This document shows, one piece after another, positions 47,176-56,298 of a DNA stretch of 64,000 bases; position 1 is the stretch's first letter; the number at the start of each line of letters is the position of its first letter. The notes beneath the pieces were generated by a model that was not told the origin of the DNA, ran no database searches, and saw only the letters and a program-made list of their open reading frames with translations. The position numbers were made by a program, and so were the translations under genes. The DNA comes from a virus. Taxonomy: Duplodnaviria; Caudoviricetes. The stretch covers positions 160,001 to 224,000 of IMG/VR virus record IMGVR_UViG_3300023053_000001; one strand, written 5' to 3'.

Positions 47176-49428
47176 ATGATTCTGTTCCAAGAAGATTGGC
47201 AGCGCTATCCTAGCGCCGATATTGACCGGCAGACCACCAACCGATCCTTCAAGGATCTGGCTCTGCTGTACCGTGACATGGGCGTCAAGAACCACGCCTT
47301 CCTGCTGTCGCTGATGCAGCCTGAGCTGTCCGGCGTGGATGTGCATGACAAGAGCTTGGATGCGGTGACGATGGCAAGGATTGCCACGGAAGCTGAATTC
47401 AACCCCTGGTTCGTCTTCCGTGAAATCACCCGCCTGCCCCCCAACTCGGGTATCGAGCCGATCCGCTTTGACGCCAATCGTGGCAACATCGCGCTGTACT
47501 GGTGCTTCTTCAACCACATCGACTCGGCCAACATTCAGCCCCGTCAGACCGGTAAGTCCGGTTCGACTGACTGTCTGATCTTGGACCTGCTGTACATCAT
47601 GGCACGTTCCACCAAGATCATGATGATCACCAAGGATGACATGCTACGACAATTCAACGTCGAGCGACTAAAGGGCATTCGAGAGTATTTCCCCAAGTGG
47701 ATGCTCAAGATCTCTTCGGAAGATGCCAACAACCAGAAGGAGCTGACCTGTAAGGAATACGGCAACTCCTACATCACCGGCGTGGGTCGTTCCTCGGCTA
47801 CGGCAGCCAACAACCTGGGCCGTGGCCTGTCCACCCCGATCCTGCACGTCGACGAAGGCCCGTTCATCAGCCACATCGGTACCACCATCCCGGCAGCGCT
47901 GGCATCGGGTACCAAGGCACGTGAGCAGGCCGCTGAAGCCCGTCAGCCCTACGGCAATATCTTCACCACAACCGCCGGTAAGATCGATGACCGCGATGGT
48001 CGTTACATGTACGATCTGATCATGGGCGGTACGGTGTGGACCGAGCGCTTCCTCGATGCGCGCAACATCCGTCACCTGAACATGCTGGTGGAAAAGAACT
48101 CGGCTGGTGGTAAGAAGCCGATCATGAACATCACCATGTCCCACCGTCAGCTGGGTCGTGACGATGCGTGGCTGTACAAGGTCATGTCCGAGAATAACGT
48201 GTCCGGTGAAGAGGCCGACCGTGACTTCTTGAACGTGTGGACCTCCGGTTCGCAGCGCTCGCCGCTGTCGGCTCTGCTGAACGACTCCATCCGCTCTTCG
48301 GAAATGGACCCGCTGCATTATGAGGAATCTCCCGATGCCTACATGATCCGCTGGTACATCCCGGAAGATCAGATTCAGGAGATGCTGGACTCGGGTCACT
48401 ACTCGGTCGGTCTGGATACCTCCGACGCTGTGGGTCGCGACGCCATTGCCATGGTCATTACCGACATGCGCGATCTGTCCACGGCCGGTGTGGGTTCGTT
48501 CAACGAAACCTTCCTGCCGCGCTTCTCTGGCTTCCTGCTGTGGTTCATGTTGAAGTACCGCAAGACCATCCTGATCCCGGAGCGTAAGTCTTCCGGTCAG
48601 GCGATCATCGACCATCTGCTGCTGCACCTGCCGCTGCATGGCGAAGATCCGTTCAAGCGTATCTACAACAAGATCGTGGACAACTACCGCGAAGATCCGC
48701 AGGCCTTTGCCGACATCCAGCGCAGCATGAACATGCGCGATGACAGCTTCTACGAGCGTCGCAAGTCCGCCTTTGGTTTCAACACCAATAAGGACTCTCG
48801 CCTGTTGCTGTACACCACGGTCCTGCAGAATGCTGCCAAGACCGCCGGTCACACCGTGCGTGACAAAACGCTGTCCAACGAAATCCGCAAGCTGGTGGAA
48901 AAGAACGGTCGCATCGACCATGAAAGCTCCGGTCATGACGACCATTGCTTTGCGTGGCTGATGGCGCACTACTTCCCGACCATGGGCAAGAACCTGTCCT
49001 ACTACGGTATCGACACCTCCGAGGTGTTGGTCAACCTGGGGTACAACGGTCGCGCGATTTCCGAAGAAGAGCGCAACGCCCGTGCGATGCAGGAAGAAGC
49101 CATGAAGGAAATGGAATCCATCATGGAAGTGCTGAAAGATCCGCGGATCGATCAGATGGTGTCCTACAAGTACGAAAACCGCCTGCGTGTGCTCTCCAGT
49201 CGCGTGGAGCAGCGTTACGACATGGACGCCCAGTCGGTGGACCAGATGATCCGCCAAGCCTCTGAGGAGCGCCGTAAGCGCATCCAGATGTCCGTCCAGC
49301 AGAACCGCTTGGGCATGGACCGTAAGAACGACCTGCCGTCTCTGGGACGCGCTGGCTCGTTCCTGCGTGAGGCCGGTGGTTTCGCACAACGTGGTCCGTT
49401 GGGTCTGCCCAACAACCGTTACTTCTGA
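47176..49428 (+). CDS. terL: Terminase large subunit
   Basis: Walker A QPRQTGKS, Walker B LHVDEG, TTTAG coupling motif, and nuclease motifs GLDTSD and HDDHCFAW. Confidence 0.93.
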   Translation: MILFQEDWQRYPSADIDRQTTNRSFKDLALLYRDMGVKNHAFLLSLMQPELSGVDVHDKSLDAVTMARIATEAEFNPWFVFREITRLPPNSGIEPIRFDANRGNIALYWCFFNHIDSANIQPRQTGKSGSTDCLILDLLYIMARSTKIMMITKDDMLRQFNVERLKGIREYFPKWMLKISSEDANNQKELTCKEYGNSYITGVGRSSATAANNLGRGLSTPILHVDEGPFISHIGTTIPAALASGTKAREQAAEARQPYGNIFTTTAGKIDDRDGRYMYDLIMGGTVWTERFLDARNIRHLNMLVEKNSAGGKKPIMNITMSHRQLGRDDAWLYKVMSENNVSGEEADRDFLNVWTSGSQRSPLSALLNDSIRSSEMDPLHYEESPDAYMIRWYIPEDQIQEMLDSGHYSVGLDTSDAVGRDAIAMVITDMRDLSTAGVGSFNETFLPRFSGFLLWFMLKYRKTILIPERKSSGQAIIDHLLLHLPLHGEDPFKRIYNKIVDNYREDPQAFADIQRSMNMRDDSFYERRKSAFGFNTNKDSRLLLYTTVLQNAAKTAGHTVRDKTLSNEIRKLVEKNGRIDHESSGHDDHCFAWLMAHYFPTMGKNLSYYGIDTSEVLVNLGYNGRAISEEERNARAMQEEAMKEMESIMEVLKDPRIDQMVSYKYENRLRVLSSRVEQRYDMDAQSVDQMIRQASEERRKRIQMSVQQNRLGMDRKNDLPSLGRAGSFLREAGGFAQRGPLGLPNNRYF

Positions 49429-49475
49429 CGGCATAAAGCCCTCCTCCCCATCATCGGGGAGGAGGGCGATATGTC
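49427..49475. terminator. Bidirectional GACGGCATA-hairpin-TATGTC element
   Basis: GCCCTCCTCCCC/GGGGAGGAGGGC between convergent genes. Confidence 0.85.
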
Positions 49476-49872
49476 ATTGTGCCATTGCTTCTTCGACGCG
49501 GCGGATCTTGGCTTCCCACTCGCACGACTCGGGCATCGGGTAGACGACCTTGTGCAGTGCATTGAGGGTTTTCTGATACGCCAGCTCGACGCCGTTGGCA
49601 TCATCTGCCGGGGCGTACGTTACCGTGGTGACTTCCTTGCCGTTGAGCGCACGGGCTTCAGCCTCGATGTGCGCAATTCGCATCTCCTTACCTTGCATCC
49701 ACGGGAAGAGGGTGCAATCGTTTACCAACATCACAGTTACCTTCAGCTTGACCACTCGCGCCAGTTCCGCCGAGAACGGACGGGGCACCATGCGAGTATG
49801 GGTCTCGCGGCTCTCAACCTTCAGGAGTTTTTCCCAAGGGCCAGAGAAAGGAAGGCAATCATCATTGGTCAT
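49474..49872 (-). CDS. Hypothetical protein
   Basis: 132 aa, co-oriented with the upstream genes and ending at the terminator. Confidence 0.65.
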   Translation of the reverse strand: MTNDDCLPFSGPWEKLLKVESRETHTRMVPRPFSAELARVVKLKVTVMLVNDCTLFPWMQGKEMRIAHIEAEARALNGKEVTTVTYAPADDANGVELAYQKTLNALHKVVYPMPESCEWEAKIRRVEEAMAQ

Positions 49873-49881
49873 CTTTCACGC

Positions 49882-50349
49882 TCAGTATTGAAGAGTATTC
49901 GGCCGAGGGAAGACACGATACAAGTGCGCCCGGATGGCGTACATGTGCGGGTAGCGCGTCCATCGCAAAAACGGTGTGCACAACAGCGGGTAGGTCACAA
50001 GCTCGAACAACCGGGGATCGAACAGATGTCGGTGCTGCTCGCTCACCGATCCACTGACTTCGTAGACGGTGTGTTTGGTACTGGGAATCCACCACCGGGT
50101 GTAGTGGGTACAGTACACGATTTCACGAGCAGTGACAAAGAAGTCGATTCCCTCTCCATCTTCGGACGGGCGTACCACTTCCACCGAGTCTTTGGAGTAA
50201 CCCTCGTAGACTTTGGTGGTGGCCGGACCTCGGACGGAGTCAATGCAAACACCGATGAAGTAACGCACTGCGTACCAGAACGAATTCAGCATGCGCGCCG
50301 CCGAGGCGGTTGCGCTGTAATCCTCCGGTTTACGTTGAGGATTATGCAT
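49882..50349 (-). CDS. Hypothetical protein
   Basis: 155 aa with more A/T-ending codons than the core genes. Confidence 0.6.
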   Translation of the reverse strand: MHNPQRKPEDYSATASAARMLNSFWYAVRYFIGVCIDSVRGPATTKVYEGYSKDSVEVVRPSEDGEGIDFFVTAREIVYCTHYTRWWIPSTKHTVYEVSGSVSEQHRHLFDPRLFELVTYPLLCTPFLRWTRYPHMYAIRAHLYRVFPRPNTLQY

Positions 50350-50351
50350 GG

Positions 50352-51581
50352 TCAGCTCTGGTAGTAGTTCATGGCCAGCGTACGCAGCACGATGTACAGC
50401 TGCACGCCAGTCCGGACGCTTGCGATAGCCGCCGCGTTACGGGAGTGAATCGCCATCGACACGATTTCTTCAGAGAGCTTTCGGGTCAACAGCAAGGTGG
50501 GGTCAGACATGCGCGAGGCGGTGTACAGTGCACGCAGTCGTTGCAGCAGGGCCGACGGATCGGTGGTGTGGGTAGCCAGGTTGCGCTCGGCCATCATCAC
50601 GCCAAAAGCATGGATCAGCGTTTCACTGATCAGCTTGTCGATCTTTTCCTGGTCACGACCGCTGTGGTTGGAGGACATCCATTCCAACGCTTCGGTCAAC
50701 GACTTCAGGGAACTGGTGGGCATGGCATCGTGGATGATGCGCGCCAGCTCAGGCCGGACGAACGAGTTCTTGTTACTCACCACAGTCAGCGCGTAGCGGA
50801 TCATGGTGGAATGGTTACGGGTCTTGTCCTTCAGCACCATGGTGCCGTCGATGTCGATCACCGAGTTGTCGGTGCCGATGCGCCCACCCTCATCACGAAC
50901 CTTGTAGAACACAGCCGTCATCGACTTGACGATCTCACGCAGACGACCCTGGATGTCAGACACCATGTAGATGATGTCCTTGTCCCGGTTGAAGTCCATG
51001 TAAGCTCGGTGGTGAATCGAGTTGGGCTGCATGATTTCGTGGGCACGGATGTTCAGCAGGTTGGACCAGCTGCCGGCCTTCTTCAGGGCGTACTTCTTGT
51101 TCAGGCGTGCGTACATGGCCTGCATGGTGGCTTCATCGGCCGGATAGCGGTAATACCACGCCATCAGCGAACCGAGGAACTTGTACTGCAGCACCAGCAG
51201 GACATCCAGACAGCCCTGTTCCTTTTCCTTGGCGGTGAGCTTGGGTGCGCGCTGGATCGCATGCAACAGCCACACGCAGGACAGGTTCATCACGTCGTTG
51301 GCGCGCTTCCAGGCAGCGTCAATCGAGGAGACTTCCGCGATGCCGTCCACAACGGCCAGTTCATCCATGTACAGCACGTCGTTGAACCAACGTTCGCGGT
51401 CGGTAGTGCGGAATCGCATGGCATGCACGCCCATGAGGTTACCGCCGAAGAAAGCCACGTGGTCTGCGTTGTAATTGACGAAGCCAGTCTGATACGCATG
51501 GATGCGCTTCAGTAGGGCCTGGTCGATTACAACGTCCTGACCCGTGGTGTCAAAGACTGTCTTGATCGTGACGTCAGACAT
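50352..51581 (-). CDS. Conserved phiKZ-like virion structural protein
   Basis: 409 aa with FFGGNLMGV, YMVSDIQGRLR and RTGVQLYIVLR motifs and an AGGA SD. Confidence 0.7.
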   Translation of the reverse strand: MSDVTIKTVFDTTGQDVVIDQALLKRIHAYQTGFVNYNADHVAFFGGNLMGVHAMRFRTTDRERWFNDVLYMDELAVVDGIAEVSSIDAAWKRANDVMNLSCVWLLHAIQRAPKLTAKEKEQGCLDVLLVLQYKFLGSLMAWYYRYPADEATMQAMYARLNKKYALKKAGSWSNLLNIRAHEIMQPNSIHHRAYMDFNRDKDIIYMVSDIQGRLREIVKSMTAVFYKVRDEGGRIGTDNSVIDIDGTMVLKDKTRNHSTMIRYALTVVSNKNSFVRPELARIIHDAMPTSSLKSLTEALEWMSSNHSGRDQEKIDKLISETLIHAFGVMMAERNLATHTTDPSALLQRLRALYTASRMSDPTLLLTRKLSEEIVSMAIHSRNAAAIASVRTGVQLYIVLRTLAMNYYQS

Positions 51582-51705
51582 GATGGGGTTCCTAAAAGTA
51601 CCACATCATTAGCTGGCAAAAACATGGATTCCACTGGATTTGAGATCTATAACACCCCGGTGATAAGACAACTACGTCTTCCTTCCCCTACACCGGAGCC
51701 TTACA

Positions 51706-51807
51706 ATGAACAGTCTCTTCAAGCTGGTTGCCCTGTGCTGCATCGTCTCGATCGCCCCGAAGGCCTGTGAGGCCATCAACCGCAAGCTGGATAAGCTGGC
51801 TCGCTAA
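51706..51807 (+). CDS. 33-aa hydrophobic peptide (not in the supplied ORF track)
   Basis: GGAG SD followed by MNSLFKLVALCCIVSIAPKACEAINRKLDKLAR. The stop overlaps the SD of the next gene. Confidence 0.6.
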   Translation: MNSLFKLVALCCIVSIAPKACEAINRKLDKLAR

Positions 51808-51817
51808 GGAGTTCGCC

Positions 51818-52066
51818 ATGCAGAAGTACATCAAGAAGTACCTGTACGACATGTACGTCCCGCTGCTCCTGGTGATCGCTGCATGGGCCCTGTCAGCATG
51901 GTTCATCTACGACACCTTCGATCGCACTGCCGGTTTCACCGACGTGTGGGTTCGGGCAGCGTGGTCGCTGCGTGCAGCTTCGCTGTCAGTGCTCTGCCTG
52001 ATAGCGTTTATGACCTACATGCTGATCGACACGTTCCTGACTTACCGTCGCGCTCGCGACGAGTAA
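51818..52066 (+). CDS. Small two-transmembrane membrane protein
   Basis: 82 aa from the ATG at 51818 (AAGGAG SD), with two hydrophobic helices and a charged C-terminus. Confidence 0.75.
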   Translation: MQKYIKKYLYDMYVPLLLVIAAWALSAWFIYDTFDRTAGFTDVWVRAAWSLRAASLSVLCLIAFMTYMLIDTFLTYRRARDE

Positions 52067-52087
52067 GACCGAAGTCCCGAAGCTGTC

Positions 52088-52124
52088 CACTCCCTTCCTC
52101 CGTTACGGCGGTGTGAAGGGAGTG
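52088..52124 (+). terminator. Hairpin after the membrane-protein gene
   Basis: CACTCCCTTC/GAAGGGAGTG outer stem. Confidence 0.55.
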
Positions 52125-52259
52125 TTGACATGACCCTCACATTTTTTGGAATGACTGTAAATTTTCAGAGGGCCTCTCCATTTATTGAAATCAACCGTCA
52201 GGCGTTTTATGACAATATAGGCTCACCGTATGAAGAAACCTTCATACGGGAGATCCCTA

Positions 52260-52763
52260 ATGTACGCCAACCGTTTCCAACAGTCTCTGGTCCAGAGCAA
52301 GGAGACCAACACCCAGTTGGTCGCACATCCCTCGCTGGAGAGCCACGCCGTCGCACTGATCGATGAGGCGCGCAACTATCGCGCTGAGCCTCTGCTGATC
52401 CAGGTGCCGAGTCTGAGCGATGAGAGCCTGCAGCTCGAACGCCAGAAGCAAAACGAACTGATCAACGACCTGAAGGATCAGCTCGGTCAGGTTCTGCCCA
52501 GTGCCCAAGGCACGGGTATGGTCCATCACTACCTGATCGACACCCACGCGTTGTCGACCGGCGATGTGGCAGCCCAGTCCACCCTCAAGGCCCTGCTGAG
52601 CGCATCGCTGCGCAATCAGGATCGCCCGGTGGTCGCTGCCCTTCCGTTGAGTGGCGATGTCAGCCTCGGCCAAGCCGAAGCGATCGCCGCGTCCCTGGAA
52701 CATTACGGCTTTGAGGTCTTCACCGACCGCACGGCGTATGTCAACTATCTCGCCGCCGCATAA
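52260..52763 (+). CDS. Hypothetical protein
   Basis: 167 aa from the ATG at 52260 (GGGAG SD). Confidence 0.7.
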   Translation: MYANRFQQSLVQSKETNTQLVAHPSLESHAVALIDEARNYRAEPLLIQVPSLSDESLQLERQKQNELINDLKDQLGQVLPSAQGTGMVHHYLIDTHALSTGDVAAQSTLKALLSASLRNQDRPVVAALPLSGDVSLGQAEAIAASLEHYGFEVFTDRTAYVNYLAAA

Positions 52764-52770
52764 CGCGTCA

Positions 52771-52813
52771 TGACCTCTAGGTCCCATACGGGCCTAGGGG
52801 TCGTTATGCCGTC
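52771..52813 (+). terminator. Hairpin-TATGCCGTC element
   Basis: GACCTCTAGGTCCC/GGGCCTAGGGGTC followed by TTATGCCGTC. Confidence 0.7.
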
Positions 52814-52949
52814 TATGATGGAATTTGAATCAAAAGGAAATCAAACCTATACCATTCCCATGGCGGATCGACCGTATATCTTTCCTCGTTGTAACGTAGT
52901 ACCCGCTGTACCCCGTAACACTAACCTCTATCCTTAAACGGGACTTTGT

Positions 52950-53390
52950 ATGACCACTCGTACCATCCTCCTCGACGGCATTGACACTGCCATCCCCTTG
53001 GTCCTCTCCACCGACATGGTGAACGTTCCCGATGGCGGATGCTCGCTGTTGGTGGGCTATGAGACCGATGCCCTCGAGCACTACGCGCCGCCGCGCCTTC
53101 TGATCGCGACCCCGATCCACATCAACAGCAACCCCGAGCTGGCCGAAAAGATCTGTCACGACTGGCTGTCGAGCAAGTTGGCCAACAGCGAGAGCCTGAA
53201 GCAGCTGGTGACTTACCTCACCGATTTCATCGAAGAGCATGACAACGGCTGTGGCTGGCATGTCACCCGTCTGAAGTTGTTCGGTCCGACCGTCCACGGC
53301 CGCGGCTTGACGCAGGTGCTCAAGCGCCCGCTGGCCAAGTACGATACCGATGATGAAGACTACGGCTTCGAACACCTGTTCGTGAAGTAA
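52950..53390 (+). CDS. Hypothetical protein
   Basis: 146 aa after an AT-rich intergenic region. Confidence 0.75.
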   Translation: MTTRTILLDGIDTAIPLVLSTDMVNVPDGGCSLLVGYETDALEHYAPPRLLIATPIHINSNPELAEKICHDWLSSKLANSESLKQLVTYLTDFIEEHDNGCGWHVTRLKLFGPTVHGRGLTQVLKRPLAKYDTDDEDYGFEHLFVK

Positions 53391-53400
53391 CCAGTTTTAC

Positions 53401-53480
53401 GGTGGGGTCCGGGCGCGGACCCTGGGCGTAACAGCCCCCGCACTAGGGACTCTCCTCCGTCCCGGGCCCCACCACCTTTT
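53401..53480 (+). other. Multi-stem structured intergenic element upstream of the AAA ATPase gene
   Basis: 53401-53413 pairs with 53461-53473 and encloses smaller hairpins. It is followed by CCTTTT. Confidence 0.5.
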
Positions 53481-53522
53481 ACCGCAGCACCCATTTCCCT
53501 CGACTTCCTCAAAGAACTGACT

Positions 53523-54806
53523 ATGAACAACAGAACCCTGCTGCTGGACCACGGCTCCCACATCTGCGTGAGCGCATACTCGGACAAGGATCGACTGGAG
53601 GCATTGCGCCCGGCGGTCTATGAGATCGTCCTCACCGATACCGGTGTCAAGCTGTTCACCCTGCAGGACAAGTTCTTGGTGTCTGAACGCAAGTTCGGTG
53701 ACCACAACGAATTCCGCAAAGTCCTTACCGAGGACTACGATCGCGTTGGACCGTCCGTCGGCGTTATCCTGATCGGCATCAAGGGTAGCGGTAAGACCAT
53801 GCTGGCCGAAGACGTGTGCAACCACTACCTGAAGCTGGGTCTGCCGGTGTTCCGCGTCAACACCATCCTGCCGTTGAGTGTGCTGGAGCTGGTGTCGGCC
53901 GCTGCCGGTCCGGCTGTGTGGTACTTCGATGAGTTCGGTAAGGTCTACCGCGAAGACAAGGACAACAGCAACCGCGACGACCTGTTGGGCTTCTTCGGGA
54001 GCGCCTCGCGCCTGGGATCGCTCTATCTGGTCACGGCCAACCATGACAACGAACTGAGCAACTTCATGGTCCATCGCCCGGGTCGTTTTCGCTACTCCTT
54101 CAGCTTCCACACCCCGAACCTGGAGCAGCTCGACGAAGTGTTCAATCACTACATGGTCGATGAAGAGCTGCGTCCGATGCTTCGTGCCTGGGTGAGTCAG
54201 AACGATGTCAGCTACGATGTGCTGTGCAGTGTACTGCCGGTCATTCGCGGTTGCAAGACCCGCAAGGAAGTGTACGACAAGGCGAGGATCTTCAACATCC
54301 CCAGCTTCCCGAACTTCGGCATCACGCACTTCAACACCGTGGACTCGCTGTACATGGATCGTTCGGCCGCTGATTTCATCAACCAGTCGAGCCCCATCCT
54401 CGGTTACGTCTGGAACAAGGCTTCGGGGGAAATCGCCTACCGCATCCGCGTGAATGTCCCGACCGAAACCGGCCAGCAGATGCGCGCAGAAATGCGTCGA
54501 CTGAAGTTTGTGGACTTGGAGAAATATCAGGTCCCGTCCGAATTTGCCAACGTGGCCGAGTATGGCACGGTCAAGTACGAGTTCCCGGATGAGTCTGGTC
54601 TCATGTTGACCATGTCGATGGGCTGGTCCTGCCGTAGCTTCGAGGCAGCGACTACCGCAGAACATGCGATCACTCGCATGGAGCGCATCCAGGCAACGAA
54701 CGAAGGTAAGGATCTGTCCGCTGAACCGCCGGGTCCACGTGGCATGGGTACGTACAGCGAACGCCCCGGTCGTACGTTCGCCCAACACGGCGGGCAAGGC
54801 TGGTAA
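53523..54806 (+). CDS. AAA-family ATPase
   Basis: Walker A GIKGSGKT, Walker B WYFDEF, sensor VTAN and arginine finger RPGRFRY. Confidence 0.88.
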   Translation: MNNRTLLLDHGSHICVSAYSDKDRLEALRPAVYEIVLTDTGVKLFTLQDKFLVSERKFGDHNEFRKVLTEDYDRVGPSVGVILIGIKGSGKTMLAEDVCNHYLKLGLPVFRVNTILPLSVLELVSAAAGPAVWYFDEFGKVYREDKDNSNRDDLLGFFGSASRLGSLYLVTANHDNELSNFMVHRPGRFRYSFSFHTPNLEQLDEVFNHYMVDEELRPMLRAWVSQNDVSYDVLCSVLPVIRGCKTRKEVYDKARIFNIPSFPNFGITHFNTVDSLYMDRSAADFINQSSPILGYVWNKASGEIAYRIRVNVPTETGQQMRAEMRRLKFVDLEKYQVPSEFANVAEYGTVKYEFPDESGLMLTMSMGWSCRSFEAATTAEHAITRMERIQATNEGKDLSAEPPGPRGMGTYSERPGRTFAQHGGQGW

Positions 54807-54847
54807 GTAACTGGGCAATTCCGCCCATCTCTACAACGAGGTATCTC

Positions 54848-55411
54848 ATGAAACTGCGTCATCTGCTGTCCCTGTCTGCACTGGTGCTGGTTCTGGCCGG
54901 TTGCCCGTCCACCAATCCGCCCCCGTCTGCCGACGTCCAGGCAGCTGCATCGCAGCCGCTGGTGGACCCGACCATCCCGGACGTTCCCGACGAACCGGAC
55001 GTGTTGGTCCCGCCGCCGGATTCGGCTGAGTACCTCCAGCGCCTGAACAAGTTCGAACAGGCCTACGCGGTGCAGAACATCGATGCCTACGAGTACAGTC
55101 CGGACTTCGAGTCCAAGTACGACGGCAAGTACCCGTTCTTCCGTACGCTGGACTGCCAGATCGACAATGGGCAGACCGGGGTGTGGTGCACCTTCGAAGC
55201 ACAGGAACATGAAATCACCGAAGCCGAACTGGCCACGTGGATTCCCTACCTGTCCAACCACGACGTACTCGACCCGACCCTGCGTTGCACCACCGTCTGC
55301 CTGAACGGCCAAGGCGTGCTGGTGGGTGCGGTCCAGCCGGAAATGCTGGAATGGCGCAAGCAGTTCTGCCCGGTCGAGCCTGACCACGCCTTCTGTCGCG
55401 GTCAGTCGTAA
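54848..55411 (+). CDS. Lipoprotein with a Pro-rich linker and a 6-Cys domain
   Basis: Signal peptide MKLRHLLSLSALVLV with lipobox LAGC and a GAGGT SD. Confidence 0.85.
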   Translation: MKLRHLLSLSALVLVLAGCPSTNPPPSADVQAAASQPLVDPTIPDVPDEPDVLVPPPDSAEYLQRLNKFEQAYAVQNIDAYEYSPDFESKYDGKYPFFRTLDCQIDNGQTGVWCTFEAQEHEITEAELATWIPYLSNHDVLDPTLRCTTVCLNGQGVLVGAVQPEMLEWRKQFCPVEPDHAFCRGQS

Positions 55412-55488
55412 GTTTGCAGCCGGCCAAGGACGGCCACCCTTCTTCTTTCGATCCATCCCTACTCCTCAAACAACCAAGGATCTTTCCC

Positions 55489-56223
55489 ATGCCGTTCCAT
55501 CCCAACCGTACTGGCATCGACTGCGTCGATAGTCTTATCACCGAAGTCGGTGTCTGCTTCGGTGAGCTGCGCGGCAAATTCGCCGATCGCCTGAACCTGT
55601 CGGCGGAGACCACCAGCGTCGGTGATGAACATGAGCTGACCGTCATCTATACCGCCCCCGAACAGGACCCGGTCAAAGTGGTCGTGAGGTTCACTGCGAA
55701 GGAAACTGCCAAACTGATTGGCCGTTGGGGCCTGGTGAACGCCTTCCTGATCGAGGTCGCCGGAACCGTGATCGTCGATTGGTTCTTCAACAGCCAAGAC
55801 CTCCTCTTCAACTTCAACGAGGAAACGCAGCAGGCGATGGTGAACATGGATCGGCATTTGTCCAGCGTCGATGTCGATCTGACGTACGAGGAAGAAGTCC
55901 TCGACAAAACCCCCAAGACGCCGCAGGTGTTCGCAAGCCCGTCGCCGGACCCCGTCCCGCACGTCAATGTCACCATCCACCTCAACGACCAGCTGTACGG
56001 CACGGCGTCGGAAGTGGGCCAAGTCGTGGCAGTGCTGGAGAAGGCTTTGCAGGAACATCTTGCGGCCAATCCCCATCCGATCAATCGCGAGAAGAGCCAG
56101 GTTGTTGTCAACGTGGTTCATCCCGAGAGCGGCGTCGGCGGGTCCATCGATACCTATCGCCAGATGCTCCGCGAAGGACTGATCGACATGCGCCCGTTGC
56201 GCGTGAGCCTCAACGTCCACTGA
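55489..56223 (+). CDS. Hypothetical protein
   Basis: 244 aa from the ATG at 55489 (AAGGA SD). Confidence 0.75.
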   Translation: MPFHPNRTGIDCVDSLITEVGVCFGELRGKFADRLNLSAETTSVGDEHELTVIYTAPEQDPVKVVVRFTAKETAKLIGRWGLVNAFLIEVAGTVIVDWFFNSQDLLFNFNEETQQAMVNMDRHLSSVDVDLTYEEEVLDKTPKTPQVFASPSPDPVPHVNVTIHLNDQLYGTASEVGQVVAVLEKALQEHLAANPHPINREKSQVVVNVVHPESGVGGSIDTYRQMLREGLIDMRPLRVSLNVH

Positions 56224-56298
56224 ACTGTAGTCGCCCACGGGCGACTGCCTTTCGCTTCCTCCTTTCCCTTTCCTCTATCGTCCAAGGATTCAATCAAC

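Noticed and set aside
42058-47517. 1819-aa minus-strand ORF
   Set aside because: It spans several real + genes in antisense and has the His/Gln/Val-rich composition typical of shadow frames.
17899-49428. Inteins or group I introns in the RNAP or terminase genes
   Set aside because: The ORFs are uninterrupted and of expected size. I saw no LAGLIDADG/HNH insert or HN-C/S splice junction.
51818-52066. Calling the two-TM protein a holin
   Set aside because: There is no adjacent endolysin or spanin and no family-specific motif, so it is left as an unassigned membrane protein.
52125-52216. Sigma70-like TTGACA/TTGAAA boxes
   Set aside because: There is no convincing -10 element at 16-18 bp spacing.
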